DNA of 64,000 nucleotides from Balanoglossus misakiensis (lineage: Eukaryota > Animalia > Hemichordata), in NCBI GenBank assembly GCA_040954595.2, contig CM082587.2, positions 2,385,000 to 2,448,999 on the forward strand, written 5' to 3'. The position numbers and the translations under genes are program-made. The notes under the pieces are model-generated. The model saw only the letters and a list, made by a program, of their open reading frames with translations, was not told the DNA's origin and searched no databases. Position 1 is the first letter of the stretch. Every line of letters begins with the position of its first letter. Below are positions 44,001-55,500 of this stretch, piece by piece.

Positions 44001-44450
44001 CTAGACCCTAATAGCAACAAAAACAAACATTGGAAACACGACCCTGTGAAACGACCGGGGAAAACTCAACTATTTTGCTAAGGCCGTCCATTCACTTTCA
44101 CGTTTACGTCGCGCTTGCTTTCCTTCTCCTTGTTATTCCTCAACCCGGCGATTATTTTCGCGGCCTGTTGTTTCTACGGGGACCCGTTCGCGCATGGCTT
44201 GTATTATGTATTTTGGGTATTACAATCAAAACAATGGGGGTACCATGCCCGCCCCCCAGTCGTAAACTTTAGCGCTCGCCCCGAAGTGCGTTTTTTTTAA
44301 TCGCGGCCTTTAAAAAAACTTCACACCTTCGAAGGCACTCTGTCATCGCAACAATGACGCCGTTCTCTATCTCCGCAATTGTTGCAAATATCTCTGCCCC
44401 CACTTGAAATGAATGGATAAATATTGGCAAAAGTAACCAGGGATACTCAC

Positions 44451-44655
44451 TTTTCGTAATCTGTTTTACAGTACAGCTTTCGGTCTTTGAAGTAACAGGA
44501 ACGAGAGAGCGGGGACTGACATATACCACACTGCAAGCATTGTTCGTGCCAAGAATTGTCCATGACTCGCATGAGGAAACGATCCTCTATCGTTTGCTGG
44601 CATCCCGCGCAGACTTCCTTGCAAGGTTTGCCGTTCTTCTTCAGGCCGTTGTCTC
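44451..44655 (-). CDS. Lmx1: Lmx1 coding exon 3: LIM domain 1 (double zinc finger)
   Basis: A (TTTC)n polypyrimidine tract precedes the acceptor gacag|GAGAC at 44655 (phase 1). The donor is GAAAA|gtgagt at 44451 (phase 2). The full C-x2-C...H-x2-C-x2-C-x2-C...C-x2-D LIM pattern is present. Confidence 0.95.
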
Positions 44656-45329
44656 CTGTCCATTTTAGAGAGAAAAGAAAGAAAGAAAGAAAGATATTAT
44701 AAGCAACTACTGTGATGATAAAACAACCAGATTCGACGTGCAGGACCACGAAATCAAACCGAAACTCAGAGTCTCGTCCCAGCTGAATCAATGCCGCGAT
44801 GTTCAAATTCTGATGCGGCGCGTGCCGCACATGTACATTTCAAGTCGTTTGTTGCAATTTGACGCAGATATCGTGTACATTTCCAATATTTTGCAACATT
44901 TTACGAAAGACGCATTGGTACAGAAATGTCTTATACGCAGTTGGTTTTTAAATGTTTGAACAAAGTATTTCGATATATGAGCATGAGACGGAATATTGAT
45001 TGGTGTTGACGAGATGACGTGAGAATCATTTTTATGACTTAATTTTTCGCAATGTCCAGTGTACTTGCGCAAAAAGTAGGAACACTTTTTAAAATATTTT
45101 CCCGTCAGCATGCCATACACTATATATTTCATTAATAAAACCAGGATACCAGTTTATACATTGCACAATATCAGAGTCGAGCCAATATTGGAAAACACTT
45201 TTGGTAGTACCGTCGGATATTGATTGCTATACTCCAAATTGAATAATAGTTCAGTCAGTTTTGATCTTCTTTCCTCCCTCCCTCCCTTTCTTTCTTTCCC
45301 CAGGAAAAATCACGGATATTTTCACGTAC

Positions 45330-45456
45330 CAAGGTTGACAGATGCTTGGATGTAACTTCCGTTCATTTGGGTTTTGGTATCTTCCATTTTTAACGCCATC
45401 TCAGCCGACGCCGTCGGGAAATCGCTAACGGATTTGGCCCTACTGGTCGTGGTGTC
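45330..45456 (-). CDS. Lmx1: Lmx1 coding exon 2 (contains internal ATG 45399, MALKMED)
   Basis: Acceptor cctacgtag|GAC and donor CTTG|gtacgt enclose 127 nt of open frame ending in phase 1, which joins the LIM1 exon in frame. MALKMED resembles LMX1 MLDG(I/L)KMEE. Confidence 0.85.
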
Positions 45457-45663
45457 CTACGTAGGAATATAATACAAACACGGAAAAAATATCAACTTCC
45501 ATGGGAAATATACCCAACGTAAACAAAATAACATTGGGACGGCTTTTAAAATTTGTTTAACCTTTTAAAAAAATCGCGTCTTGTCACATGTCGAAATTGT
45601 TGGGTGCGTGTCTGTCAAAACGTAAAATATTACATCTCGAATAAACAAAGCCGTGTATATTAC

Positions 45664-45678
45664 CTGACAGAACGGCAT
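45664..45678 (-). CDS. Lmx1: Lmx1 coding part of exon 1 (MPFCQ)
   Basis: ATG CCG TTC TGT CAG|gtaata is a good phase-0 donor, in frame with exon 2. This is the first minus-strand ATG downstream of the putative TATA box (none in 45679-45950). Confidence 0.65.
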
Positions 45679-45944
45679 GAAGTCTAACGGCGTTGCCCGA
45701 GCAGGTACTATGTTTCCCCGGTGAAGTATCTCGAGAGATGGTGGTAGTGGTCCCGGTGTTGTGCGTTGGCGTAGCGGTGAACGTGCACCGTGTGCCGCGA
45801 TCTATCCACTTTGTAAGTTGTGACTGGTGCTTTTTTTGTTTTTCCCCCGTTATTCTTATTTTTTCCTGCAAAGTCTGCTTGTCGGACACCTGCCCCTATA
45901 GTACTGCAGTATATAGGTCCACTGCCACAACTATCCAAACACAG

Positions 45945-45977
45945 TATAAATGGTGGTGTGTTTATCGGCTTTATATA
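45945..45977 (-). promoter_or_regulatory. Putative Lmx1 core promoter (TATA box plus Inr-like sequence)
   Basis: Minus-strand TATATAAAG at 45977-45969 and CCATTT around 45951, about 270 nt upstream of the first ATG, inside a CpG-rich region. Confidence 0.45.
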
Positions 45978-48900
45978 TTCAGCGGTTTCGGGCCAGTTAC
46001 AGTGTCGCCCGGTTGGTATTGACTTAAATTCCTCAAAGTACGGGCACAGTGCAGACGCACGTAAGGTGAACAACGTGAAAGTTGCCGCTATACCATGTTA
46101 ACAATTCCACTATGAATGGATAGGTACCTATCTACTCTTCACATCAAACACTTTAAAATAGTACTCCGCCGTTGCGATAAAAATACACATTATATCACTA
46201 GCAAAATCATGGACCATAAATTTGCTCTCAATAAACCCATTGTCTTGCTTGATATTAATTTTGTTTTAGTTGGCATGGTACGTCATATCAGCAGAAAATC
46301 TAGCTGGTCGAACTAATTTTAGTGGTGGAAGGATATTTTAATGGCGGTAAAGACTATTGGTGGATACTACAACGCTCTGAGATTTGTTTAGCTACAAAAG
46401 GGGGCGGGACGCATCAATGTTCCATGCGAAGACAAACTTGGCAAGAAGAATTTTTTCTGGTTCTGTAAAACAATTAGTTTCCAGGCCCCAGAATTTATTG
46501 CAAAGCAAACGGGGTTATTATCTCCGGCGTGGAGCTGGGATGCTGTGCGTTATGCCAGCGCTGGTGGGCCGTGCGAGCCCACAGCTGAAACAGTGATAAA
46601 TGTCTCCTACATTTGCGCGTTTACCTAAAAGGTCACGGGTCAAAATTGTCAGCTCTTTGTTGACCAATGGGTATACTAGTTAACGTTATTACGACCATTC
46701 CAATCGCTGGAGCTACTGAAGCTTGTACTCCGCGCCTTCTCTTAGGAAGTTGTCAGCTGGTGTGTGTGGTAGACAGTAGACCCAGTCTCCGTGGTGAACT
46801 CTCCCGCACTCTACGCAGCTAACCCACCCTCACATACTCGCCTGTATAAATCATTAATGCCCCCAAATTGATCCAATTAAAACCCAAAGCTGTTCATACT
46901 GTTATATTGGATGTTTTTATTTTCACTTGACAGACAACTCAAAACAAACCAACTTAAGTAAACAGACATAAAATCACTAAAGATAAAAAGGACTTTTGGC
47001 TTTCCTCGCATTTGAGGCGGTGAACTGAGCTAGTAAATATCGGCAGGTCCATGCGTCACTGTGCTGTGATCTTCCGGTTCTATTCAATTTACGTTCGTTT
47101 CCCAGGTATCGGAAGTCATTATGCATCTGAAATTTGGCGAAAGCATTTATCTTGAAATTCTAACTGGAATTTTCTGAATCATAGTACTTTAAATAACGGA
47201 TTGTTTCACAAATTTCCAACGCGAAAACGGGTAACTTTATTCAGGGTGGCCGGTGCCTGCCTGGTACAATTTTCAAACGAGTATATTATCGTGTGAATAT
47301 TTTAGGGGAGAATGTGAAAAGCTTAATACGCAATAAGGTGTTTTATTTATCAGACTGTAAAAATGAGACAAAACAACTAGTTGAGTCGCAAAACAAGAAA
47401 GAAAAGAGCGCAGGAAGCTTTGAGTCTGCGAATGCGTAAATGTTTCTAATAATAAAACGGGATGTGTATACACATGTACATGTACGTCAGACTTGGCGCT
47501 CGACATAAAACTAGACTGTTTCGTGCGTTTCCTTGTAGATCTGGGAATGTCCAAACGTAACATAAAAGGACACCGGCGTGTGAAGAATTAAGAGTGGAAG
47601 GCGCAACAGAGGTATGGTCGGCAAAAATCAAACCTTCCGTGGCGTTAGGAGCTCACGTTGTCTGGGGAAGAAAAGGCACTGCGTGTGAGTACCCCTGGCT
47701 ACCCGACACGTGCTCCAACCAAGCAGAATTCGGAACGGAACTCACTATACCCCTGTGACTTAGACCCGTGTAACTGTGACAGCGAAGATATGGCTGGGGG
47801 ATCGGGGCGGGACTGGTGCGTACTTAGCTGATGACTCACACCGTAATATGCGACTCCGTGATGTGAAAATACGAATTTAACTCGGTTACTCAAACACTGA
47901 GTAAAATTGTGTCAGTGCATTTAAAAGAAAAAGTTACAGTGAAATGAAGCCAGGTCGAAATCCGTGGTGCGTGTTTGACGAAAAACATCCCAGACCCTGT
48001 CATTCAGGCCAAAAAACCTACATGGTTCAATTGTAACGCACCCCGAGAGTTTTTTTCTCGTCTATAATTTTCTGGGAAAAGACATCTCGGACCATTGGTA
48101 CGAGGGAGGGGGGGATTTATGACCTCGCATTTTTTATCACGCTGCTCTTTTCGGCTTCCAGTTGGCATAGTTACGGAAGGGTAACTCGGGAGATACGCGG
48201 TTTATCAACTCCGTATGTAACTTGCTACTCATCGCCGGACAGTAAGACTAAATTTAAACACACGACAGCCTAATCGCCTGTGTCCAGATAACATGGATAA
48301 CGGTCCAAGTCGCCGACACTCGGTAAACCTATCGCTATGTAAATAAATGCACGGGAGATTTCGAGAGAGAAAAAAAATGCGCGGATTTGGAGCATAGCGG
48401 AGAGACAACCAGATAATGTTATTGATCCGTAAAAACGGTAACCATCTAAAGTGCGAAGTGTTTAGTTGTATGTGTAAGTATCGACAGTAAACTTGCACGT
48501 CATCTTATCGTGTTCTGGGTATTGATCAGCCAAGACTAGCTCTATCTGATCGACTGAGAAAAGTGTTATCTCGTCTCAATAAACACGCACGATGCATGCC
48601 CTCATCATATAAAGGCCCCAGGGCTATTCTCACTAATAATTAGTAATCACAACAATAAACAAAAACAAAGTAATATTAACATGGTATCATACTAGGTTCA
48701 CAGTAATTGTGTAAGATATTTTTTATAACAAAAACAATTATACAATTCAAATTTTGTTCGTACTTCAAATGCTACCAAAGTTTCAGGTCGTTTTCCCCGC
48801 CCAAAGTATAATACAACTTGACGCGTGCGACATTATATGTGTAAATACTGACAGCAATTCATCTCCACTGCCTGCGGTTTTAAGAGACGTCCCACTTTTT

Positions 48901-51900
48901 ATTTGATGGTTCTCGTTTTGACTGAACCTATACAGTGTAATATTTATCACAAACTAAAAGTTTGAAATTTCTAAACTTATTAAAGCAAGAGAGACTTCAC
49001 TGAACTTATGTGATTTTCATCGTGCCCTGGCGATATTGTATTTTTTAGCTGTGTCCGTGCAACTGCAGTGATGCAGCTCACAGGATCAGAAATACTCCGG
49101 TGACATTTTGTTCTGCCACAGCGCAGCCTTGGAGACATCCCCGCGAGACATTGAGGGGGCCAGACAGACTTGATGGTATCGACGCTAAATTACCCTCGAC
49201 ACGAAAATGGGGACGAATTGAGCGTGAATTCTTGCAGCAAAGGAGGTGAACGATTAAGCGATATTATACCATTAAGGGCGAGTACGAGGCGGAGGGTTTT
49301 CTCTATTGAAGAACGTATTAGAGATCGTCTACGTGCAGATTTTGCACGCTCTCTGACCGACTTAACGACTTTGCAAAAGTGGCGAATTTCGCTCGAGTAC
49401 AGAATTTAGCGATGTATGTGTCATTGGATGGCATTTCGCGCGACCAATTCGAACAGACAAGGGAACAAAGAGCGAGGAAAAGGCTGTAATTATCTGGGAG
49501 AAAATTACAGGGGCGATATAAAGAAGTGCCGTTGAACGGGGCACCGAATAGAATGAAGTTGAATGAAACCGTGTGAGGCCACGAGACATCGTGCAGAGAA
49601 AGGGAATGAGGGGGTACGGCGAAATGCCCGACGCTCACAGTTTGGGACCCTCAAGCGCCAACACCAGAATATTTTATTAATGATTCTGGTAAAGTTAATA
49701 AGACGAGAAGTTTTTTGTTGTAATCGGCAGCAGTAGGCGGTGGGCGATATCGCGGCAGTTTTTATGTGGTGCGTTGTCAGTCAAAGCGCGTAAAGGTCGG
49801 CGGCGCACTTTACTGAAAATGCGAAAACTGGTTCACTTTCCGTGAAAGGTGACGGTGTAAAAGTTTACGTTGGAATTCGTCGTACGCTCCGGAAAAAAGA
49901 GTATGCTTTACTGAAAAGGGGAATGAACAGTGTTAATATTAATCAAACATAAACTGCGCTACATCGTGCACGGAGAAAAATGTTTGGTCACTCCACGTTT
50001 TGTCTCCCAAATTCCGCCGGTTTGCGCATAAAAATTAAAAACGCGCGCCCATATGACGGCAGAAGACAACTCCCAATAAATTACAAAAGGAAAGCACAGC
50101 TGATACACAGCATTTTTTTTTATATACACGGCTCACTTGTGGCGGATAATACTTGATTCCATGGATTTCAAGCTGGGATTAACACGTTAAGTTTGTACGC
50201 TAAACTCGGTGTCCATTCTTACCATGTCATTTCAGTCCCCCGAATTTGTACAAATGTACGACAGTTCGTCTGATGAGAATTTAACTTTTTTTCCGAAAGT
50301 CGCTCATTGCTCCTGAAATCGCATTGCCTATTGCTTTTTTCTTTCCTCTAGTCTTGAATTTCATTTATTGTGTCGAACGTGCCGTTGCAGATGCTACACT
50401 TTTTGTTGAATATTTTCGATTTGAAACCGGGAAACAAAACTTGGGTTATGGAATATCACAGCTGTCAGTCAAACACTTTCTTTTTATAATCGCCGCACTT
50501 TTCTGCATTGCTATTATTATGAAAATTTTAAGCGAAGTTGTGACCATGGAGAGAGATGAAGCGCAGTGTCGGTAACCATGGTATCCCAAGTTTGGGTGTG
50601 TCTCTTTAAGCAAAGAAGCGCATCGCGCAGTTCAGCGGCTGCGCAGTGTATAGATTCGCATGATACAGTCACGATACATCGAGACGAGAATCTATCGATC
50701 GCTGGCATCGATCTGCTCAAAGAACGGATAAACTTCATCATATTCGAAAGTTTACACACCACACAGCCAGAGGTGTTTGGAGAAAGAAAATCTAGCCGAT
50801 AAAACGCCAGACAAAGCCACTACGTTTTTGTAGCACACTAGCAAAAAAATCAAATCGGGACCTTCATAATGAAAATCCCGGGGCTTGAAAGCACTACCGA
50901 TGAAAAAACGGGAAATAAACAGAGACTATGAGAGTGGATAGTGACGGAAGAGTCAACAGAAGCTAAAACTTAGTTTGGTTAGCCAACTGAGTAAAGTTTT
51001 CTCAATGTTTCATTTCCGTTTGGATCATTATATACAGTTTTCATAGAAATTATATACAACAGAATAGATCGAAGCGTCGAGGGCGGAATCAGTCAAGGAG
51101 GGAATATTATAAGAACAGACCGGCTTGGCCCAGGCTGATGAACAGACGCTATGGATTTTATCTTTAATAAATCGCGGCAGAAAAAAAGGAACATTAGCTA
51201 TGTACTATGTGGGCATACTCTGGCTATCACTATGTCAATTTTGGCTCTTACTTTAGGAGTACTCTGAGAGATGTCGGGAAAAAAACTTTTAGTATTTTCA
51301 AAGTCATGTAAAGAAGTTTAACTGAGTGGGTAAATGTTATCATCATCATGCTTAATTTTGAGATAAAGTTCATTAATGTCAAAAACGTTTTAAATGTACT
51401 ATCTATGTCACAGTAACCAGTTTTGTTGTGACTTCTGTCAGACAACCATACAACACCTGATATCACATGTTCCCTATCATGTCTCACGACAATTCTGACA
51501 AGTTTCCCCAATAGTAACCGTCATCCTGCAGAAGTGTAATTTAATTAAATCTGAACACACAATTGAATTAACTACCAGTCGATGATTTACTTCAGGTTGG
51601 AATTTCTAGAATTCATCACATAGTTTTTTACTCCTCAAAGTCCTTTGTCCTAACTTACAACACACTTCTGTTGCTCGGATATACGTAATTACGATCTGTC
51701 CCCTCCCTCAAAATTAATTTTAAGCCGCCGCATATTAATTTGTCTTGAAATCAATTACAGAGACACAAGAGGGCTTTTGTTTGAAAATATACCTAGTACA
51801 ACTTTGAAGATTTTTGTTTTGTTTTTCAATGTTTACCGAGAAACCATGGATAATTTGTATTTGCATATGCAAATGAAGGATTCCCATGATGCAATGCACT

Positions 51901-52389
51901 CAAATTGTTGCCATGTCAAGGGTGACCCACCCCGTATTGGAAGGTAGAATCTTGCACAAACTCAGAGTGGTCTAACAAAGAAATATAAGAAAGAAACCAA
52001 TCGCATACACCCTGGCCATACTGCAGCCAGTCCCTCGTCGGTCAGTTGTTGCAATATTAATGACCACAAGAACTTTGGACCTGCTGGCACTTATTGAAGC
52101 TAAATCCTGACTAAGGCTTCCCTCCTTGTAACTTCAAGAGCAGGTCGGTCTCCGGGCTGACCTCACACTGCATAATTTGATTTTGAAAGACTGGAGCGTC
52201 CTGTCACTGTCTCATAAAAATCCCCCCAGTAGCCATTAAATATCGACTACATCTTTGTGGATACATTAATTTGGAAGGGTTTATCAGCGAGGTCAACAAA
52301 ATACACTTCAGCGGTCCACTAGGAAACAGGGTGAATTTATTAGGCACGGTCAAACAAGTCCTGTCATGTTGTCGGTTTTTAGCTTGTAT

Positions 52390-52570
52390 GAGGAGGGGGG
52401 ATGTGGGGATTGAATGAGGGATGGATGGGGTGTGGTGTGTGTGAGGGGTGTGGGGGGGGGAATTGGTTGCTGTGTGTGTGAGGGTAGAATGGGTTTCTGT
52501 GTATGTATTAAAGGGGTGTCTGGGTTTGGAAAGGGTTGCTGTGTGTGACCAGTGTGTGAGAGAGGGATGA
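52390..52570. repeat. G/T-rich low-complexity degenerate repeat
   Basis: Many G-tracts and GT runs; GGTTGCTGTGTGTG occurs twice. Confidence 0.7.
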
Positions 52571-55500
52571 AGTGACTGCCAGGTGTGAGGACTGCGACAG
52601 AGGGTGGAAACGATTGCTGGTACATTTGTACCTTTGTAAACACGTCAAAAATGATACACTGAGATGATAAAGAAGGAATTTGCCCACAGAGGAGAGATCA
52701 TTGATTACTGTGCAATTTTTCAAGTAGCTATCCAATTTCTGTTCAATCAGATACAGACAATGCCAATACAAGACTGAGTTTTTTGCAATGACAGTATTAT
52801 TGACATCAGACTGGGGATGAGAACAATAAAAGTCAAGATAAAGAGGCGGCTAGGTTTCCAGCCACTCTAAAAGCAGGGCAACCGATATACGTGCAAAATT
52901 CACACTCCGAGAGACCCCCGCCACTGCACATAAAGTTATCAGAACTTGACAGGGGGCTTAAACTGTACACACAAAAGTACCTGAACAAAGTGTGAAGTCA
53001 ACAAGCATCTGGGTGAATAATAATGGCCATTAAGATCCCATTTCCAAACAATCATTGGGCGACTGTGACACTGGACGTGGTGTTGAAGCCCCCTTTAGAG
53101 GTTGACACCTGTTGGATTGACAGCTGGCGACCATACATATGGTCTTATTTACTCACTTCAGGCACTCCAGATGAACTCCCCTGGCGGACTTGGTAACCAG
53201 GCCTCGCATCGTTGTCAAGCACACACACCACTCACGGGGATGACAGAAAACCAGACTGCCAGCAATCATTACCCAATGCACCAGTCTGGGATGGGCTGGA
53301 ACTGGTCACACAAAACTTCTAAGTATATATGCATAGACGCATCGTTTTTGCTAGTGTGCATTTTGATGCTGAGAGCGAGATATTTTTGTGGCCTGTCGAC
53401 CAACTGTTTTTTTCCTAAATGTTGGTCTGTCTGAAGTATTAAGCTGGAAACAAAGAAGAGCATTTTGTCGGTTTGGTGCTACATAAATCATTGTCTAGAC
53501 ACAGTGCAACCATGTTATGCATCACTAAATTGGCTGCTTTTCCATTCTGTATAAGATACTGCAGTTTGCATACCCTGCTGAAATGTACAAAGTGAAATCA
53601 ACAGCAAACAGATTCTAACAGAATTGGACTGTGTAGGTCTGTGCTTATCATTCAGCGCACAACCTGTGAGCTGCTGGGACTAATATTATCCCCTGGGACA
53701 CACATTTGCAGATACAGACAATATTAACCATGTGAACCAGACAATAGTATTAAAGTGACACAATCTGTGCCAAGAACTCAAATGGTTGTTATATTCTATG
53801 CAAAGCTACTTATGGTTTAGTACTGAAACATGTTGAGGTACAGAAATGCAGAAATTTTCAGTCAGAAAATTTTTGTTGTTTTCGCTTGCAGCAACAAAGT
53901 TTTTCTGGTCTTTTGGTTTCTCTCTCTTACATTCCTGTGATGAATAATGACACAGGTCAAAAATTAAATCAAGATACACTTCTGATTCAGTTACACATTG
54001 CATTTTTAATGATGCAACATAAAAGATGCAGACCCAACAGACATAGTGACTTCAGCTAGAAGTACGGGGTACCAAGCACCGCCATGGCTGATAATATAAT
54101 AGACAAGTCTAATATGCTACAGTTTATCTGTGATTTCAAGTATGCACTTCATAATTCGACAAAGTACGTCAAGAATGTGTACATCTTGAACTGATGACAC
54201 CAACACTACACAATGGACTTAATTATTATTTGATTTATTTGCGCATCAAAATATTTTAAAAGAAGTTGTTTATCTGATTGATTTGGTCGGTGCGTCGGTT
54301 GGTAGACTGACTGTTCTTTGTTTTTCTCAAAATATGATGGAGTATTCTCACTGGTTCTCATAGCAACATTAATAACATCATTTCAATTACTGGCTGAAAG
54401 GTCAGAGTTTAAGTGTGAGTGAGGGGGGAAGCTAGTAAATCGATAGGACAAAAGTACAGGGCAGGGCACCTCACCAAGTAGCTGTAGACAATGATGACGC
54501 ACCAAACTTGATTGTTTTAAACAGGTCCAGTATTGTCCTATTGTGAAATTAAACTCTGCTCAAGTCAAATTATCAAAGTTCCGTTGATAAAAGAGTACCT
54601 TCATTTGCTTTGCTCTTAACCAACCCCCCCCCCCCAAACAACAGAGATTTGTTTCAACCAGTTTACAATCCAGCTGCCAGTAAATTTAGAATGAAAACAC
54701 GCGTCTTCTGTACTTTTTCTATTAATTATCATCTCAACTAATTGACCAATCTATTTGTAATAAATATGTAATTGCATTGTAATGATTTTTTTTTCTAGGT
54801 CATCGTCGGCTTGTTTTCACTTTCACCATTCATTTTGTGGTTAATTGGGAAGACAATGGGCGATTTAAAAACCAATTTTATAAAAAAATATCATTTTCAA
54901 AATAAATAAAGAAGTAAAAAAGTTCCCATATCTTTGTTTAACAATTAATGTATGGGAATAATTCTGGAATTTAATGTAGATTGGGGTATTTTTTTGCCAG
55001 TTTTGTCAAGACTGTCAGTAATTCTCCAACACAGATCTCAGTAGTCACCTCCAGTATAAAGACCAACACTTCACATGTCTAACAGATAATACATCAGATA
55101 TCATTTTGATTTTCTTAGTATCAGTAGCCAGTATTCTGCCTGGTTCTTAGGCTCCCTTCACAACATGGTTCCAGACAAGTTTTATTTCCCCTAATCTGTG
55201 TCGGCACTTTTGATTGGAGCAACTCAAACAGCGATTATCTGGCGGAATTATTGACATTCGTTTTGCGACAACATTGCAAAGCTGATGTTCTTGATAACGT
55301 CGGTGGATTAAGATTTGGATAATCTCATAATCATAGGGCCATATCTTTTCAGCCATGTTCAACTAGATAACGCCTATGAATGTCATTACAACATGTATGT
55401 GTGATAGAGGTGACATAGAAAACCACAATCAAACAAATTTATTGACACTCATTTTAGATCATAAATGATTTCATAGTCAGAAGAAATTAGAAACAATAGT

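Larger units (their letters stand above)
1..44450 (-). other. Very large Lmx1 intron between the LIM1 and LIM2 exons (more than 44 kb, 3' end outside the window)
   Basis: Begins at the GTGAGT donor at 44450. No LIM2 (C..C...ELVMR...H..CF.C...GDEF) or homeodomain (RPRT...WFQN) coding sequence was seen in the ORF track or by manual codon-pattern scanning. Confidence 0.7.
44451..45678 (-). other. Lmx1: Lmx1-class LIM-homeobox gene, 5' part (coding exons 1-3); gene continues past the left edge of the window
   Basis: Spliced translation: MPFCQ|DTTTSRAKSVSDFPTASAEMALKMEDTKTQMNGSYIQASVNLG|[68 protein letters not shown]. The LIM1 motifs DRFLMRV, SWHE.CLQC and SCYF.DRKLYCK.DY and the LKME N-terminal motif match vertebrate LMX1A/B as I recall them. 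Confidence 0.93.
44030..51180. promoter_or_regulatory. CpG-rich domain spanning Lmx1 exons 1-3 and about 5 kb upstream
   Basis: Visibly higher CG dinucleotide density than the flanks or the WDR38 gene body. Judged by eye, not computed. Confidence 0.5.

Noticed and set aside
44656-44830. N-terminal part of the 127-aa ORF 44447-44830
   Set aside because: It is intronic: it contains the polypyrimidine tract and acceptor, and the true exon starts at 44655.
52110-52200. U1 snRNA-like words (AGGCTT..., GCTGACC, ACTGCATAATTTG) downstream of the OCT/SPH composite
   Set aside because: No ATACTTACCTG 5' end, stem-loop III spacing is missing and there is no 3' stem-loop. Probably chance; an Rfam scan would settle it.
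245-55215. TCF/LEF (CTTTGAT) and nuclear-receptor (TGACCTTTGAC) words
   Set aside because: TCF word counts are about what base composition predicts. The TGACCTTTGA words (about 3715, 6945, 12944) are few and common in such genomes.
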